64,000 nucleotides of DNA from a plasmid: the sequence record NZ_CP028351.1; one strand, written 5' to 3'. The stretch's first letter is position 1. Every line of letters starts with the position of its first letter. The notes under the pieces are model-generated. The model was not told the DNA's origin and did no database searches. It was given only the letters and a program-made list of their open reading frames with translations. Below are positions 10,290 to 22,050 of the stretch, one piece after another. Both the position numbers and the translations under genes were made by a program.

Positions 10290-11455
10290 AGAACAATACG
10301 CATACCTCACTGTGGCGCTGGATCTGCATCCGGGTGCTGTTTCTGGCTATCGGCAGCGTGATCCTCATCGCCGCCTGTATGTGGTTGCGCTTTGCGGTGC
10401 AGGCGTTCTGGGTCTACCACCGGATGCCGCCCACGCTGCTCGATGAGTTCACGCAGCTGCGCCATCATCCCGCCAGCGATCCGGCACGCTTTCATCAGAT
10501 TGTCGATCAGTGGTGGGGGATCAAATTTTCCGATCCTTCGCTGGCATCCTCTGACTGGCTGACCGTGCTGGTCCTGGTAGTGGTCACCATCCCGTTTATG
10601 GTGATGATGGCGCTGCGTTTCGCCCGTCCGCTGTCGGCGCAGTTCAGCCAACTGGCGACGGCGGCGCGTGCGGTGTCGAAAGGGGAATTTGGCCGGACGG
10701 CGGCGGTAGTGAAAGAAGCCCCACAGGAGCTGGTGCGCTTTACCGACGATTTTAACCAGATGACACAACAGCTGGCGCGCTACGATCGTGAGTTGCGCAC
10801 CTCGCATGTGGCGATGGCACACGAACTCCGCTCACCATTGACAGCAGCGATGGGCCGCCTGCAGGGCATTCTGGACGGCGTCTTCCCTGCCGAGCCGCAG
10901 CAGCTGGCGATGATCATGAAGCAACTGACGCAGCTCAGCCGCCTGACCGATGAACTGCATCTGCTGTCACTGGCAGACGCCGGGCAGCTTACCCTCAACC
11001 GCGAGCGATTTAATCTCTCTGAGTTACTGCGCGAGCGTTCAGGCTGGCTGCTGCCACAGGCAGAAGAGTCGGGGGTCGTCATCAGCGTAATGGCACCCGG
11101 CGATCTGCTGCTCTGCGCCGATACCTTTCGCCTGGGTCAGGTCATAACCATCATCTGTGAAAATGCGCTGCGCTACGCCGCCGATGGTGGCGCATTGTTG
11201 ATCACCGCCAACCAGAACGATAAGGCGACCACGCTGACTTTCCGTGATTACGGTCAGGGCGTAGAGCAAGACTTCCTGCCGCAACTGTTTGACCGCTTTA
11301 CCCGGGCTGACTCCTCACGCGCCCGCCACTCCGGCGGCAGCGGGCTGGGGCTGTCGATCGCCAAAGTGATTATCGAGGCGCACGGCGGATCGCTGCACGC
11401 CACCCTGCCTGCCGAGGGTGGTCTGCTGATTGGGATAACGTTACCGGCGGGATAA
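10286..11455 (+). CDS. Sensor histidine kinase (2 TM, HAMP, HisKA, HATPase_c)
   Basis: H-box AHELRSPL, N-box and G-boxes (GGSGLGLSIAK) present; translationally coupled to the response regulator. Confidence 0.85.
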   Translation: MKNNTHTSLWRWICIRVLFLAIGSVILIAACMWLRFAVQAFWVYHRMPPTLLDEFTQLRHHPASDPARFHQIVDQWWGIKFSDPSLASSDWLTVLVLVVVTIPFMVMMALRFARPLSAQFSQLATAARAVSKGEFGRTAAVVKEAPQELVRFTDDFNQMTQQLARYDRELRTSHVAMAHELRSPLTAAMGRLQGILDGVFPAEPQQLAMIMKQLTQLSRLTDELHLLSLADAGQLTLNRERFNLSELLRERSGWLLPQAEESGVVISVMAPGDLLLCADTFRLGQVITIICENALRYAADGGALLITANQNDKATTLTFRDYGQGVEQDFLPQLFDRFTRADSSRARHSGGSGLGLSIAKVIIEAHGGSLHATLPAEGGLLIGITLPAG

Positions 11456-11547
11456 ATTTACTGACTTGACCATTTCTTGATGGTTCATGGAACGTTTCTG
11501 GACACAGGCCGGGTTCAATGAGCACAACTCATTAAAGGAACCCGGTT

Positions 11548-12681
11548 ATGACAGACTTCTTATCGGATGCTGCCCGCCAGGTGTGGCGTCATCTCTTCAG
11601 TGTACATATTTTCGCGCCGATCGTGTTCGTGCTGCTCGGCGTATTCATCATGACCGGCTGCCGCGACAACAATGCTGCCCCGCCAGCCGCCCCACTCCGC
11701 CCGGTCAAAACGGTGATTGCCCCGCCGCTCAGCAGCAACGCGTCACGCGTGCTGACCGGTGAAATTCGCGCCCATGAAGAGGTTGCACTGGCCTTCAGGC
11801 TGGATGGTCGGGTGGTGAGCCGCGCGGTTGAGCTGGGCGATCGCGTCACCGCCGGGCAACCCCTGGCCGCGCTGGAAAACGATCAGTCACGTAATCAGCT
11901 GAGCAGCGCGCAAGCCGATCTCGACAGCGCCCGCGCCGCCGAACGCGTCGCTGCGCTTAACCTCCATCGGATGCGGCTGCTGATGCCCGGCGGAGCCATC
12001 GCCCGCAGCCAGCTGGACAGTGCCGAGGGAGACTGGCAGAGCGCGCAGTCCCGCCGTCTCAGCAGCGAAGCAGCACTGAAAAATGCCCAGGATAATCTCA
12101 GCTGGACCCGGCTCACTGCGCCCGCCGCAGGCCGGATTACCGCCCTCCCGGTTCAGCCCGGCCAGGTGGTCAGCGCCGGACAGACTGTGATGACGCTGGC
12201 AGCCGGTGATGCACGCGATGCGGTGTTTGATCTGACAACGCCTGCTTTGCTGCGAGCTGACGACCAGACTCCGCTGAAGGTGACGCTGCTCGCCGACCCG
12301 GACATCCAGGCCAGTGGCACGATACGTGACATCAGCCCACAGGCCGATTCACAGACCCGTACCTGGCGGCTGCGCATCTCAATGCATCAGCCACCCGAGG
12401 CGATGGCACTGGGTGCCACCGTCACCGTCACGCTTCCCGATCCGCAACCGCCGGTTATCGCCCTGCCCGCCAGCGCCCTGACCCGGTTTGCAGACAAGCC
12501 CGCGCTGCTGGTGGTTGATGCGGCATCACGCTTACAGCTTCGTCCGGTGGTGCTGGCCCGCTTCAGCGCACAGCAAATCTTTGTCTCTGCCGGGATCCGG
12601 CCAGGCGAGCGCGTGGTTACCGCCGGTGTCGGCACCCTGCAGCCCGGTGAAAAAGTGACACTGGCGCAGGAGGGCTCATGA
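11548..12681 (+). CDS. Efflux RND periplasmic adaptor (membrane fusion protein)
   Basis: Lipoprotein-like N-terminus (..MTGC), a coiled-coil hairpin region and beta-barrel motifs. Overlaps the downstream RND pump gene by 4 nt. Confidence 0.85.
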   Translation: MTDFLSDAARQVWRHLFSVHIFAPIVFVLLGVFIMTGCRDNNAAPPAAPLRPVKTVIAPPLSSNASRVLTGEIRAHEEVALAFRLDGRVVSRAVELGDRVTAGQPLAALENDQSRNQLSSAQADLDSARAAERVAALNLHRMRLLMPGGAIARSQLDSAEGDWQSAQSRRLSSEAALKNAQDNLSWTRLTAPAAGRITALPVQPGQVVSAGQTVMTLAAGDARDAVFDLTTPALLRADDQTPLKVTLLADPDIQASGTIRDISPQADSQTRTWRLRISMHQPPEAMALGATVTVTLPDPQPPVIALPASALTRFADKPALLVVDAASRLQLRPVVLARFSAQQIFVSAGIRPGERVVTAGVGTLQPGEKVTLAQEGS

Positions 12682-15600
12682 AAAAAATGACTGGCTTTAA
12701 CCTTTCCGGCTGGGCGCTGGCGCATCAGCAGCTGGTCATCTTTTTCATGCTGCTGGTAATGGCGGCGGGTGTGCTGAGTTATGAACGCCTGTCACGTAAT
12801 GAAGACCCGGCGTTCACCATCAAGACCGCCGTGATCTCTGCCCGGTGGCCCGGAGCTGACGTAAACACCACCGTACAACTGCTGACGGACGTGCTGGAAC
12901 AGAAGGTGCAGGAAATCCCGTCGCTGGATGCGGTTGAGAGCGAGACCCGCGCCGGAGAGACGGTCATTTATGTCAACCTGCGCGATGACACGCCACCTTC
13001 TGAGGTGGCCGGTATCTGGTATCAGCTGCGGAAAAAAATGCATGATGTGACGTCTTCCCTGCCGCAGGGCGTGCAGGGTCCGGCGGTTAACGACGAGTTT
13101 GATGATACCTTCGGCACAATTTACGGCTTCACGGCGGATGGCTTTACCGCCAGAGAGCTGCGCGATCGGGTTGATAACCTGCGCCGCAGCCTGGCCAGTC
13201 TGCCCGACATTGGTAAAACCAGTCTGCTGGGCGTGCAGGAGCAGCAGGTGGTTATTGCCTTTTCCCCACGCAAGCTGAACGGCATGGGGCTCGATTTACA
13301 GCAGGTCAGCGACGCCATCAAAGCGCAGAACGATGTGGTGCCCGCTGGCAGCCTGCGCACCGACCGCGAAAATATCGCGCTGCGGGTGAGCGGTACGCTG
13401 ACCTCGGTCGAAAGCCTGCAGGCGATTACCCTGCATATCGGGGAGCGTTTCATCCCACTGACCGATCTGGCGACCATCAGCCTGCAATCTGCTGAACCGC
13501 CGGTACCCACCTTTCGGATTAACGGCGTGCCGGCTATCGGGCTGGCAATCTCCATGGCCGCCAGCGGCAACATGCTCAATTTCGGTAAACAGCTTAACCA
13601 GCGCATGCAGACACTGGCCGGTCAGCTACCGCACGGTATCACCATGACTCGCGTGGCCGATCAGTCTTCCGTGGTGAAACAAGCGGTCAGCGGCTTTGTG
13701 CGGATACTGGGCGAAGCGGTTGTCATCGTGTTAGCCGTCTCCTTTGTTACGCTGGGATTGCGTGCCGGTCTGGTGGTGGCGGCGGCTATTCCGCTGGTAC
13801 TGGCGATGACCTTTACCGGCATGTTGCTGGCGGGCATCGGACTGCAGCGCATCTCACTGGGCGCGCTGATTATTGCGCTCGGGCTGCTGGTGGATGACGC
13901 CATGATCACCGTCGAGGCGATGGTGGCACGGCTCGAAGCGGGCGACAGTAAGTGGCAGGCCGCGACGTATGCATTCAGAACCACCGCCTTTCCGATGCTG
14001 ACCGGCACGCTGGTGATGATCGCCGGGTTCATCCCGGTCGGATTCGCCGCCTCCAGTGCCGGGGAGTATTGCTACTCGCTGTTTGTGGTGATTACGCTGG
14101 CGCTGCTCTGCTCATGGGTGGTTGCGGTCATCTTCTCGCCGCTCACCGGCTGCTGGCTGCTGTCAGCGAAGCGCATCAAAGCCCACCAGTCGCCGGGCTT
14201 ACTGACGCGCGGCTATCATGGGCTGCTGGAGGTCATTCTGCGCCACCGGCTGATGACGATTGGCGCAGCGCTGACGGTGCTGCTGGTCAGCCTGTACGCC
14301 ACCACCTTTATGCAGGGTGAATTTTTCCCGGCGTCAGACCGCCCTGAACTGCTGGTCAGCCTGACGCTGCCCGCCAGTACTTCCCAGGCGGAAACCACGC
14401 GCCGTACCGCACAGCTGGAACAGATGCTGCGCAACGATCGGGATGTGGCGAACTTCACCAGTTACGTCGGCTCTGGCGCAATACGCTTCTATCTGCCGAT
14501 GGATGTATTGCTGGATAATGAAAACATCGCACAGCTGGTGGTGGTGGCGAAGAATCTGGCGGTACGCGATCGGCTGCGCAGCAGGCTGGAGAAGAAACTG
14601 GCCGCGGATTTCAGTGATATCACGACGCGGGTCTCGCCGCTGGAGCTGGGTCCGCCGGTGGGCTGGCCGCTGAAATATCGTATCACCGGCCCGGACAATG
14701 GCCGGGTGCGGCAGGCTGCCGGTGAGCTGGCAGCGCTGATCGCCCGCTCTCCACTGACCCGCGAGGTGAATCTCACCGCCGGGGAGCCGGAACGGGTCAT
14801 GACGCTGGCCGTAAACCAGACCGCCGCCCGTGCCGCCGGACTGTCGTCCGACACCATCGCCTCTGCGCTGAACACCCTGATGTCCGGCAGCGTGGTGACC
14901 ACTCTGCGCGATCGCAACCGGCTGATTGACGTGGTGCTACGCAGTAATGACGCCGAGCGGCAGAACACGGAGACGCTGGAAGGATTGATGATCACCAATG
15001 CCAGCGGACAGAAAATTCCGCTGCGCCAGGTAGCGACCCTGAACTGGGGTGTGGATGATCCGGTGATCTGGCGCCGTCAGCGGCTCTCTTACATCACCGT
15101 ACAGACCGATATCGCACCCGGTCAACGGGCTGAAAAGGTCTCGCAACAGCTCGCACCTGATGTCGCCGCCCTGCGCGCCTCACTGCCTGCCGGATACGGT
15201 ATTGAAGAAGGTGGCGTAGTGGCGGAATCGGACAAAGGCAATGGTTCGGTGTTTGCTCTGCTGCCGGTGACGATCTGCGCCATGCTGGTCCTGCTGATGA
15301 TTCAGCTGCAACGCTTCTTCGGTATGCTGCTGGCGCTGAGCATGGCCCCGTTTGGCCTGCCCGGCATCGTCTCCGCGATGCTGCCGGCAGGCACACCGCT
15401 GGGGTTTGTGGCGCTGCTGGGGATTATTGCGCTGGCGGGGATCATCATCCGCAACGCGGTGATTATGATCAGTGAAGTGGATGCGTACAGCCGCGCCGGA
15501 CTGCCTGCTGGTGACGCTATACGGCAGGCCGCCCATCACCGGGCGCGTCCCATCCTGCTGACCGCCTGTGCCGCGATACTTGGCATGATCCCTATCGCCC

Positions 15601-15722
15601 ATCAGGTGTTCTGGGGGCCGATGGCACTGGCGATTATTGGTGGTCTGGTCAGCGGCACGCTGGTGACGCTCACGGTGCTGCCCGCCGCGTTAAGTCTGCT
15701 GATGCAGCGACGTTCAGGTTAA
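12678..15722 (+). CDS. Efflux RND permease (AcrB/AcrD/MdtB-like, 1014 aa)
   Basis: Twelve-TM architecture with two large periplasmic loops; conserved GLLVDDAMI motif. Confidence 0.9.
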   Translation: MKKMTGFNLSGWALAHQQLVIFFMLLVMAAGVLSYERLSRNEDPAFTIKTAVISARWPGADVNTTVQLLTDVLEQKVQEIPSLDAVESETRAGETVIYVNLRDDTPPSEVAGIWYQLRKKMHDVTSSLPQGVQGPAVNDEFDDTFGTIYGFTADGFTARELRDRVDNLRRSLASLPDIGKTSLLGVQEQQVVIAFSPRKLNGMGLDLQQVSDAIKAQNDVVPAGSLRTDRENIALRVSGTLTSVESLQAITLHIGERFIPLTDLATISLQSAEPPVPTFRINGVPAIGLAISMAASGNMLNFGKQLNQRMQTLAGQLPHGITMTRVADQSSVVKQAVSGFVRILGEAVVIVLAVSFVTLGLRAGLVVAAAIPLVLAMTFTGMLLAGIGLQRISLGALIIALGLLVDDAMITVEAMVARLEAGDSKWQAATYAFRTTAFPMLTGTLVMIAGFIPVGFAASSAGEYCYSLFVVITLALLCSWVVAVIFSPLTGCWLLSAKRIKAHQSPGLLTRGYHGLLEVILRHRLMTIGAALTVLLVSLYATTFMQGEFFPASDRPELLVSLTLPASTSQAETTRRTAQLEQMLRNDRDVANFTSYVGSGAIRFYLPMDVLLDNENIAQLVVVAKNLAVRDRLRSRLEKKLAADFSDITTRVSPLELGPPVGWPLKYRITGPDNGRVRQAAGELAALIARSPLTREVNLTAGEPERVMTLAVNQTAARAAGLSSDTIASALNTLMSGSVVTTLRDRNRLIDVVLRSNDAERQNTETLEGLMITNASGQKIPLRQVATLNWGVDDPVIWRRQRLSYITVQTDIAPGQRAEKVSQQLAPDVAALRASLPAGYGIEEGGVVAESDKGNGSVFALLPVTICAMLVLLMIQLQRFFGMLLALSMAPFGLPGIVSAMLPAGTPLGFVALLGIIALAGIIIRNAVIMISEVDAYSRAGLPAGDAIRQAAHHRARPILLTACAAILGMIPIAHQVFWGPMALAIIGGLVSGTLVTLTVLPAALSLLMQRRSG

Positions 15723-15784
15723 AGCAGTTCGTATTAAAACGCCCGGCGATCCCATGCTGAGAACAGCGGGATCGCCGGATGCGT

Positions 15785-16030
15785 TCAGTTCATCACCTCG
15801 ACCAGAATCAACGGGCACTTTCTGACTTTGCAGGCCTGACTGTAGGCCAGCGAGCAGACCGAACAGAGGTCGCGCACGTCAGACTGGTACTCATACTCCA
15901 TGAAATAGCGGAACTGGCCGCCCGCCGAATCTGTTCTCCAGAATCGCTGCGGCTCCAGAATTTCATCCAGTTGCCTGAATGTCAGGGCTGACGGGTTGTG
16001 ATACCCGACTCTTACGCGGTATGTAGTCAT
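15785..16030 (-). CDS. Hypothetical small Cys-rich protein (81 aa)
   Basis: C-terminal C-x2-C-x8-C-x5-C cluster and plausible codon usage, but no obvious RBS. Confidence 0.3.
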   Translation of the reverse strand: MTTYRVRVGYHNPSALTFRQLDEILEPQRFWRTDSAGGQFRYFMEYEYQSDVRDLCSVCSLAYSQACKVRKCPLILVEVMN

Positions 16031-16102
16031 GCACCGATTATTGGCATCCCGGCCCCGCCGCCGCCAGTTGGTTATTGTTTTCAGTACAATAGCTGGCGCT
16101 TA

Positions 16103-17008
16103 TCAACCCGCTTCGCCTGGTGTCACAGGCGGTTCGGCCAGCAGCGCCAGCAGATGCAGCACCGCTTTTGATGGATGATGCCGACGCCAGGCAAACGCCA
16201 CGTCGGTAAACAGCGTGTTGTTCTCGATATCGCAGAAGCTGACTTCGGGATTATCGACGCAGCGCAGCGACTCCGGCACCAGCGCAATCCCGCAGCCTGC
16301 AGCCACCATGCCCAGCGATGTGGTGATCTGTGGCGCCTGCTGGAAGGTGTGGCGTGAAAAGCCCGCCCGCAGACAGGCCGTAACAATCAGCTCATAGAGA
16401 CTTGGCGAAACGTCGCGCGGGAAGATTATCAGGGTTTCATCCGCCAGCGCGGACAACGAGACTGTCGGCGTGCCGCTGAGGGGATGGCAGCGCGGCAGCG
16501 CAATCAGCATCTTTTCGGTGGAGATCACGCGCAGATTAAACGCCTTGCTGCTTTCGCACGGCAGCCGGATAAAGGCAGCATCCAGCAATCCCTCTTGCAG
16601 ATCCTGCATCAGCAACGACATATTCTCTTCACGCGTCAGCAGCTCCATCGCCGGATAGCGTTCCGTAAACTGACGGATCAGGGTGAAGATGCGCGGATTA
16701 AACGCCACCGAGCTGGCAAACCCAAGCGACAGCTGGCCACTGATCCCGCGGGCAATCCCGCGCGCGTTCTCCAGTGCCTGATCGGCCAGTTGGACAATTT
16801 GCCGGGCATCGGCCAGAAACGCTTCCCCCGCTTCAGTAAGTTCCACGCCGCGCGTCAGTCGCTTCAGCAGCGGTGTGCCAATTTCCTGCTCCAGCCGCAG
16901 TATCTGCTGGCTCAGCGGCGGCTGAGAAATCCCCAGCATTTCAGCGGCCCGGGTGAAGTGAAGCGTCTCGGCTACGGCAACAAAATAACGCAGGTGGCGC
17001 AGTTCCAT
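16103..17008 (-). CDS. budR: LysR-family activator of the acetoin/2,3-butanediol operon
   Basis: N-terminus MELRHLRYFVAVAETLHFTRAAEMLGISQPPLSQQI closely resembles Klebsiella BudR/AlsR; divergent from budA. Confidence 0.85.
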   Translation of the reverse strand: MELRHLRYFVAVAETLHFTRAAEMLGISQPPLSQQILRLEQEIGTPLLKRLTRGVELTEAGEAFLADARQIVQLADQALENARGIARGISGQLSLGFASSVAFNPRIFTLIRQFTERYPAMELLTREENMSLLMQDLQEGLLDAAFIRLPCESSKAFNLRVISTEKMLIALPRCHPLSGTPTVSLSALADETLIIFPRDVSPSLYELIVTACLRAGFSRHTFQQAPQITTSLGMVAAGCGIALVPESLRCVDNPEVSFCDIENNTLFTDVAFAWRRHHPSKAVLHLLALLAEPPVTPGEAG

Positions 17009-17112
17009 ATCAAAAACGTCTCAAAGTTAACAGGTTTCGCTATTGGACCCACCGACTGAATCGGTTCACCATTAGGTTAACACGGCTTAACGGTTAATCG
17101 ATGAGGCATGAA

Positions 17113-17895
17113 ATGAGCAATTGTGTAACTGATTGTTCCTGTGAGGATCAACTAAAACATACTGTCTTAACGCTTTCCCAGGATGCACCAGAAAGCGTTA
17201 TCTATCAGACCTCTTTAATGAGTGCGCTGCTGAGCGGCGTCTACGACGGTAACGTCCGCATCGCCGACCTGCTGCGCAAAGGGGATTTCGGCCTGGGCAC
17301 GTTTAACCGGCTGGATGGCGAGATGATTGCGTTCGACAGCAAGGTCTATCAACTGCACTCAGATGGCAGCGCGCATCCGGCCGATCCGGCACAGAAAACC
17401 CCGTTTGCGGTGATGACCTTTTTCAGGCCGCAGCACCTGTTTGAGTTTGACCGGCCCATGTCGCGCGAGAATATCCATCGGGTGATCGACAGCGAAATCA
17501 CCTCCGATAACCAGTTCTGCGCGCTGCGCATCAGCGGTCGTTTCAGCCGCGTCGATACCCGCACCGTGCCGTGTCAGTGCCGTCCCTACCGCTCCATGCC
17601 GGAAGTGCTGGGCGATCAGCCGACCTTTGCCTTCAGCCAGCGCGCGGGCGAGCTGATTGGCTTCCGCACGCCACAGTATATGCAGGGCATTAACGTAGCG
17701 GGCTATCACGAACACTTTATTACCGACGACCGCGAAGGCGGCGGCCACATTCTCGATTATGCGCTGGAACAGGGCACCCTGACCTTTGGTGCCATCAGCA
17801 AGCTGGTCGTGGATCTGCCGCAGGACAGTGACTTTCTCAATGCCGACCTGAACCCCGCCAATCTTGACGCCGCGATCCGTGCGGTAGAAAGCTAA
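17113..17895 (+). CDS. budA: Alpha-acetolactate decarboxylase
   Basis: [24 protein letters not shown] and [12 protein letters not shown] motifs are present. GAGG lies 6 nt before the ATG at 17113; the in-frame upstream ATG at 17101 is an alternative. Confidence 0.9.
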   Translation: MSNCVTDCSCEDQLKHTVLTLSQDAPESVIYQTSLMSALLSGVYDGNVRIADLLRKGDFGLGTFNRLDGEMIAFDSKVYQLHSDGSAHPADPAQKTPFAVMTFFRPQHLFEFDRPMSRENIHRVIDSEITSDNQFCALRISGRFSRVDTRTVPCQCRPYRSMPEVLGDQPTFAFSQRAGELIGFRTPQYMQGINVAGYHEHFITDDREGGGHILDYALEQGTLTFGAISKLVVDLPQDSDFLNADLNPANLDAAIRAVES

Positions 17896-17903
17896 TCAGA
17901 GGA

Positions 17904-19589
17904 ATGACGATGAAAACTCCAACCGATACCACACTCTGGACCTGCGGCGCTGACCTGGTGGTCGCACAGCTTGAGGCACAGGGCGTGCAGCATGTTTTTG
18001 GCATCCCTGGCGCAAAGATCGACAAGGTTTTTGACTCCCTGCTGGATTCCTCCATTCAGACAATCCCGGTTCGTCATGAAGCCAATGCTGCCTTTATGGC
18101 CGCCGCAGTGGGCCGGCTGACCGGCAATGCCGGTGTGGCACTGGTCACGTCCGGGCCGGGCTGCTCCAACCTGATCACCGGCATGGCCACCGCTACCAGC
18201 GAAGGCGATCCGGTGGTCGCCATCGGCGGCCAGGTGAAACGCTCCGACAGCGCCAAACAGGTTCACCAGAGCATGGATACGGTGTCCATGTTTCGCCCGG
18301 TCACCAAATATGCGGTTGAAGTGACCGATCCTTCTGCGCTCTCTGAATGCCTGTCGAATGCGTTTCGTCACGCCGAGCATGGCCGCGGCGGCGGCGCCTT
18401 TATCAGCCTGCCGCAGGATATTGTCGACCAGCCGGTGACCGGCAAGGCACTGAGCAGCAAGGGCCGTCCGGTGCTGGGTGCCGCGCCAGACGCGATGATT
18501 GACACGGTCAGCCAGGCGATTGCCGGGGCGAAAAATCCGGTCATCCTGTTGGGATTAATGGCGAGCCAGCCGGAAAACAGCGAAGCGATTCACGATCTGC
18601 TGAGCCGCAGTCATATTCCGGTCACCAGCACCTATCAGGCGGCGGGCGCGATCAGGCAGGATCACTTCTCACGCTTCGCCGGTCGCGTCGGACTGTTTAA
18701 CAACCAGGCAGGTGACCGGCTGCTGCAACAGGCTGACCTGATCATCACCATCGGTTACAGTCCGGTAGAATATGAACCGGCGATGTGGAACAGCGGTAAC
18801 GCCACCCTGATTCACATCGACGTGATTCCGGCAGAGACCGACAACCGCTACCTGCCGGACGCCGAGCTGGTGGGCGATATCGCTGCCACGGTGCGTAAAC
18901 TGGCAGCACGCATTACCGCGCCGCTGCAGCTGACATCAGAAGCCGCCAGCATTCTTGAAGATCGTCAGCAGCAGCGCAAACTGCTGGCGATGCAGGGTGC
19001 CAGTCTCAATCAGTTTGCCCTACATCCGCTGCGCATCGTGCGCGCTATGCAGGACATCATTAACAGCGACGTCAGCCTCACCGTTGATATGGGCAGCTTC
19101 CACATCTGGATTGCCCGTTATCTTTACAGCTTCCGTGCCCGCCAGATCATGATCTCCAACGGTCAGCAGACCATGGGTGTGGCGCTGCCGTGGGCGATTG
19201 GTGCCTGGCTGGTCGATCCACAGCGCAAATTGGTATCGGTTTCAGGGGATGGTGGCTTCCTGCAGTCCAGCATGGAGCTGGAAACGGCCGTCCGGTTAAA
19301 AGCCAATATCCTGCACATCGTCTGGGTCGATAACGCCTACAACATGGTGGCAATGCAGGAAGAGAAAAAGTATCACCGCGTCTCAGGTGTCAATTTTGGC
19401 CCGGTCGATTTCAAAGCCTACGCCGAAGCGTTTGGCGCTGCGGGCTTTGCGGTGACCAGCGCGGCAGAGCTGGAGCCGACGCTGCGTAAAGCGATGGATG
19501 TTCAGGGTCCTGCCGTGGTAGCTGTGCCGGTCGATTACGCCGACAACCCGCTGCTGATGGGTCAGCTGCATCTGAGCCAGCTTCTTTAA
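17904..19589 (+). CDS. budB: Catabolic acetolactate synthase (TPP-dependent)
   Basis: Near-colinear match to Klebsiella BudB/AlsS motifs ([14 protein letters not shown].., [11 protein letters not shown] motif, C-terminal [12 protein letters not shown]). Confidence 0.9.
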   Translation: MTMKTPTDTTLWTCGADLVVAQLEAQGVQHVFGIPGAKIDKVFDSLLDSSIQTIPVRHEANAAFMAAAVGRLTGNAGVALVTSGPGCSNLITGMATATSEGDPVVAIGGQVKRSDSAKQVHQSMDTVSMFRPVTKYAVEVTDPSALSECLSNAFRHAEHGRGGGAFISLPQDIVDQPVTGKALSSKGRPVLGAAPDAMIDTVSQAIAGAKNPVILLGLMASQPENSEAIHDLLSRSHIPVTSTYQAAGAIRQDHFSRFAGRVGLFNNQAGDRLLQQADLIITIGYSPVEYEPAMWNSGNATLIHIDVIPAETDNRYLPDAELVGDIAATVRKLAARITAPLQLTSEAASILEDRQQQRKLLAMQGASLNQFALHPLRIVRAMQDIINSDVSLTVDMGSFHIWIARYLYSFRARQIMISNGQQTMGVALPWAIGAWLVDPQRKLVSVSGDGGFLQSSMELETAVRLKANILHIVWVDNAYNMVAMQEEKKYHRVSGVNFGPVDFKAYAEAFGAAGFAVTSAAELEPTLRKAMDVQGPAVVAVPVDYADNPLLMGQLHLSQLL

Positions 19590-20384
<795 letters not shown>

Positions 20385-20393
20385 TCTGCTCTC

Positions 20394-20426
20394 GCCTGCT
20401 GCGTCTCTGCGCAGCAGGCTTTTCTC
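20394..20426 (+). terminator. Rho-independent terminator after budC
   Basis: GCCTGCTGCG-tctct-CGCAGCAGGC stem followed by TTTTCT. Confidence 0.6.
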
Positions 20427-20530
20427 AAGACCGGATTGAACCGTTAATTTATTTTATCTGAAAAGCGGTTACCCATCAGCCGGTTGCCCTCCTGACCCCG
20501 TTTTTGCTTAGTTTTTGTCGCCGCAGAGAT

Positions 20531-20557
20531 TAAAGCTGCTTATCACCCTGCCGATAA
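20531..20557 (+). promoter_or_regulatory. Sigma-28 (FliA) class III flagellar promoter
   Basis: TAAA-N15-GCCGATAA, an exact consensus match, about 33 nt upstream of the flagellin ATG. Confidence 0.6.
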
Positions 20558-20589
20558 AACAGAGACTCCTCTCCCTGTTCGAAGCGACC

Positions 20590-22041
20590 ATGTTAACGAT
20601 CAACCATAACGAAACCGCCGCCATTACGAACAAATTGCGGTACGGTACTGACTCCGTTCTGGGACGAACGGTTGAACGGCTATCATCAGGGATGCGGATT
20701 AACAGTGCCAAAGACGATGCGGCAGGTCAGGCGATTGCCAACCGTATGACGGCCAATGTCAACGCCGACGCGGTAGTGGCACGCGGCCTTAATGATGCCA
20801 TCAGCTATTCCCAGACCGCCAGTGGCGGCCTGGGGACCATCGTCGATCTGTTGATCCAGGCGCGTACGCTGTCGGTGCAGGCCGCTAACGGCACGCTGTC
20901 AGACGCGGATCGGCAGAGTGTAAACGGTGCATATCAGCAGATTCTGGCCGGCATCAACGAAGTCGCGGATCACACCGAGATTTTCGGGCGTTACCCGCTG
21001 GCAACGGATAATCCCGATCTGCCGCCTGCGAAACTAGGTAACGTTGACCCTATCAACGTTAAGTTCCCGGTGCCGGGCAAGAATTACTCGTTTACCTCGG
21101 GTGTGATCCCGCTGGCCTATATCCCGGCAGGCTCAACATCGATAAGCATTACCATTGACTCACTGGGTCAGGATGACGATCTCCAGTTGTTTACCCGCGA
21201 CGGTAAACATCTGGCGGGAACACCGCTGGACGGCAGTGCACCTGATTACACCTGGACCAGCAAAGGCATTACGGATGCAGCGACCGCAGATTCGCGCCTG
21301 CTGACCAGTAAAAACGGTTTTGCTACTGGCGCAACTTATGACAGCTCTCAGCTGCTGGAAGGCGGCCCGAGCTGGGCGCTGGCGGGCAGTAACAGCAGCA
21401 GCTACAACGGGATGACCATCACCTACAGCGGTGACGGCGACCGCTATGAAGATGTCGCCAGCGGCGATTTCAATAACGGCACCAATACCGGCACCCGGCT
21501 GGAGCGCATCTCGCTGGACACCGTCAGCGAAGATTTGATTGTGGTGGTGGTGGGCAACGGCTCCTTCACTGGTAGTCTGACCTGGGGAATCCTGCCGGAG
21601 CCCAAGGGCGTGCCTGCAACGCCGCCACATGAGAGTCGTCCTCTCGAAGTGATCACCAGCGCCGACTATGGTCAGCCGATACAGTCGGATAGCATCCCCG
21701 CTACGCCGTCAGATACTAAAACGCTGGGACTGAACAACACCACTCTGCTGACCAGTGGCGACATCTCCACCACCATGAAGGCGCTGGATAAAGCGCTGGA
21801 GAAGATCAGCGGCTATCAGTCGCTCTATGGCGCTAAGATAAATCGTTACGAGTCAAACCGTAATGTGCTGTCACAACAGGGTGTGGATACCTCTGCGGCT
21901 CGCAGCCGCATTCAGGATGCAGACTATGCTGAAGAAGCGAGTCAGCTGGCGCGCAGCCAGATTATCCAGCAGGGACAGACAGCCGTCAGCAAGATGGCGA
22001 GCAAAACACCTGAAATGATCATCCAGCTATTAGGCAGCTAA
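20590..22041 (+). CDS. fliC: Flagellin (FliC-family) with a divergent central domain; solitary copy
   Basis: N-terminus ERLSSGMRINSAKDDAAGQAIANRMTANV and C-terminus SRIQDADYAEEASQLARSQIIQQ..IIQLLGS are canonical flagellin D0/D1 segments. Start assigned to MLTINHN at 20590, inside the longer ORF-track frame. Confidence 0.85.
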   Translation: MLTINHNETAAITNKLRYGTDSVLGRTVERLSSGMRINSAKDDAAGQAIANRMTANVNADAVVARGLNDAISYSQTASGGLGTIVDLLIQARTLSVQAANGTLSDADRQSVNGAYQQILAGINEVADHTEIFGRYPLATDNPDLPPAKLGNVDPINVKFPVPGKNYSFTSGVIPLAYIPAGSTSISITIDSLGQDDDLQLFTRDGKHLAGTPLDGSAPDYTWTSKGITDAATADSRLLTSKNGFATGATYDSSQLLEGGPSWALAGSNSSSYNGMTITYSGDGDRYEDVASGDFNNGTNTGTRLERISLDTVSEDLIVVVVGNGSFTGSLTWGILPEPKGVPATPPHESRPLEVITSADYGQPIQSDSIPATPSDTKTLGLNNTTLLTSGDISTTMKALDKALEKISGYQSLYGAKINRYESNRNVLSQQGVDTSAARSRIQDADYAEEASQLARSQIIQQGQTAVSKMASKTPEMIIQLLGS

Positions 22042-22050
22042 TACCTTATC

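Noticed and set aside
13121-13606. 161-aa minus-strand ORF
   Set aside because: Antisense inside the RND permease gene; shadow ORF.
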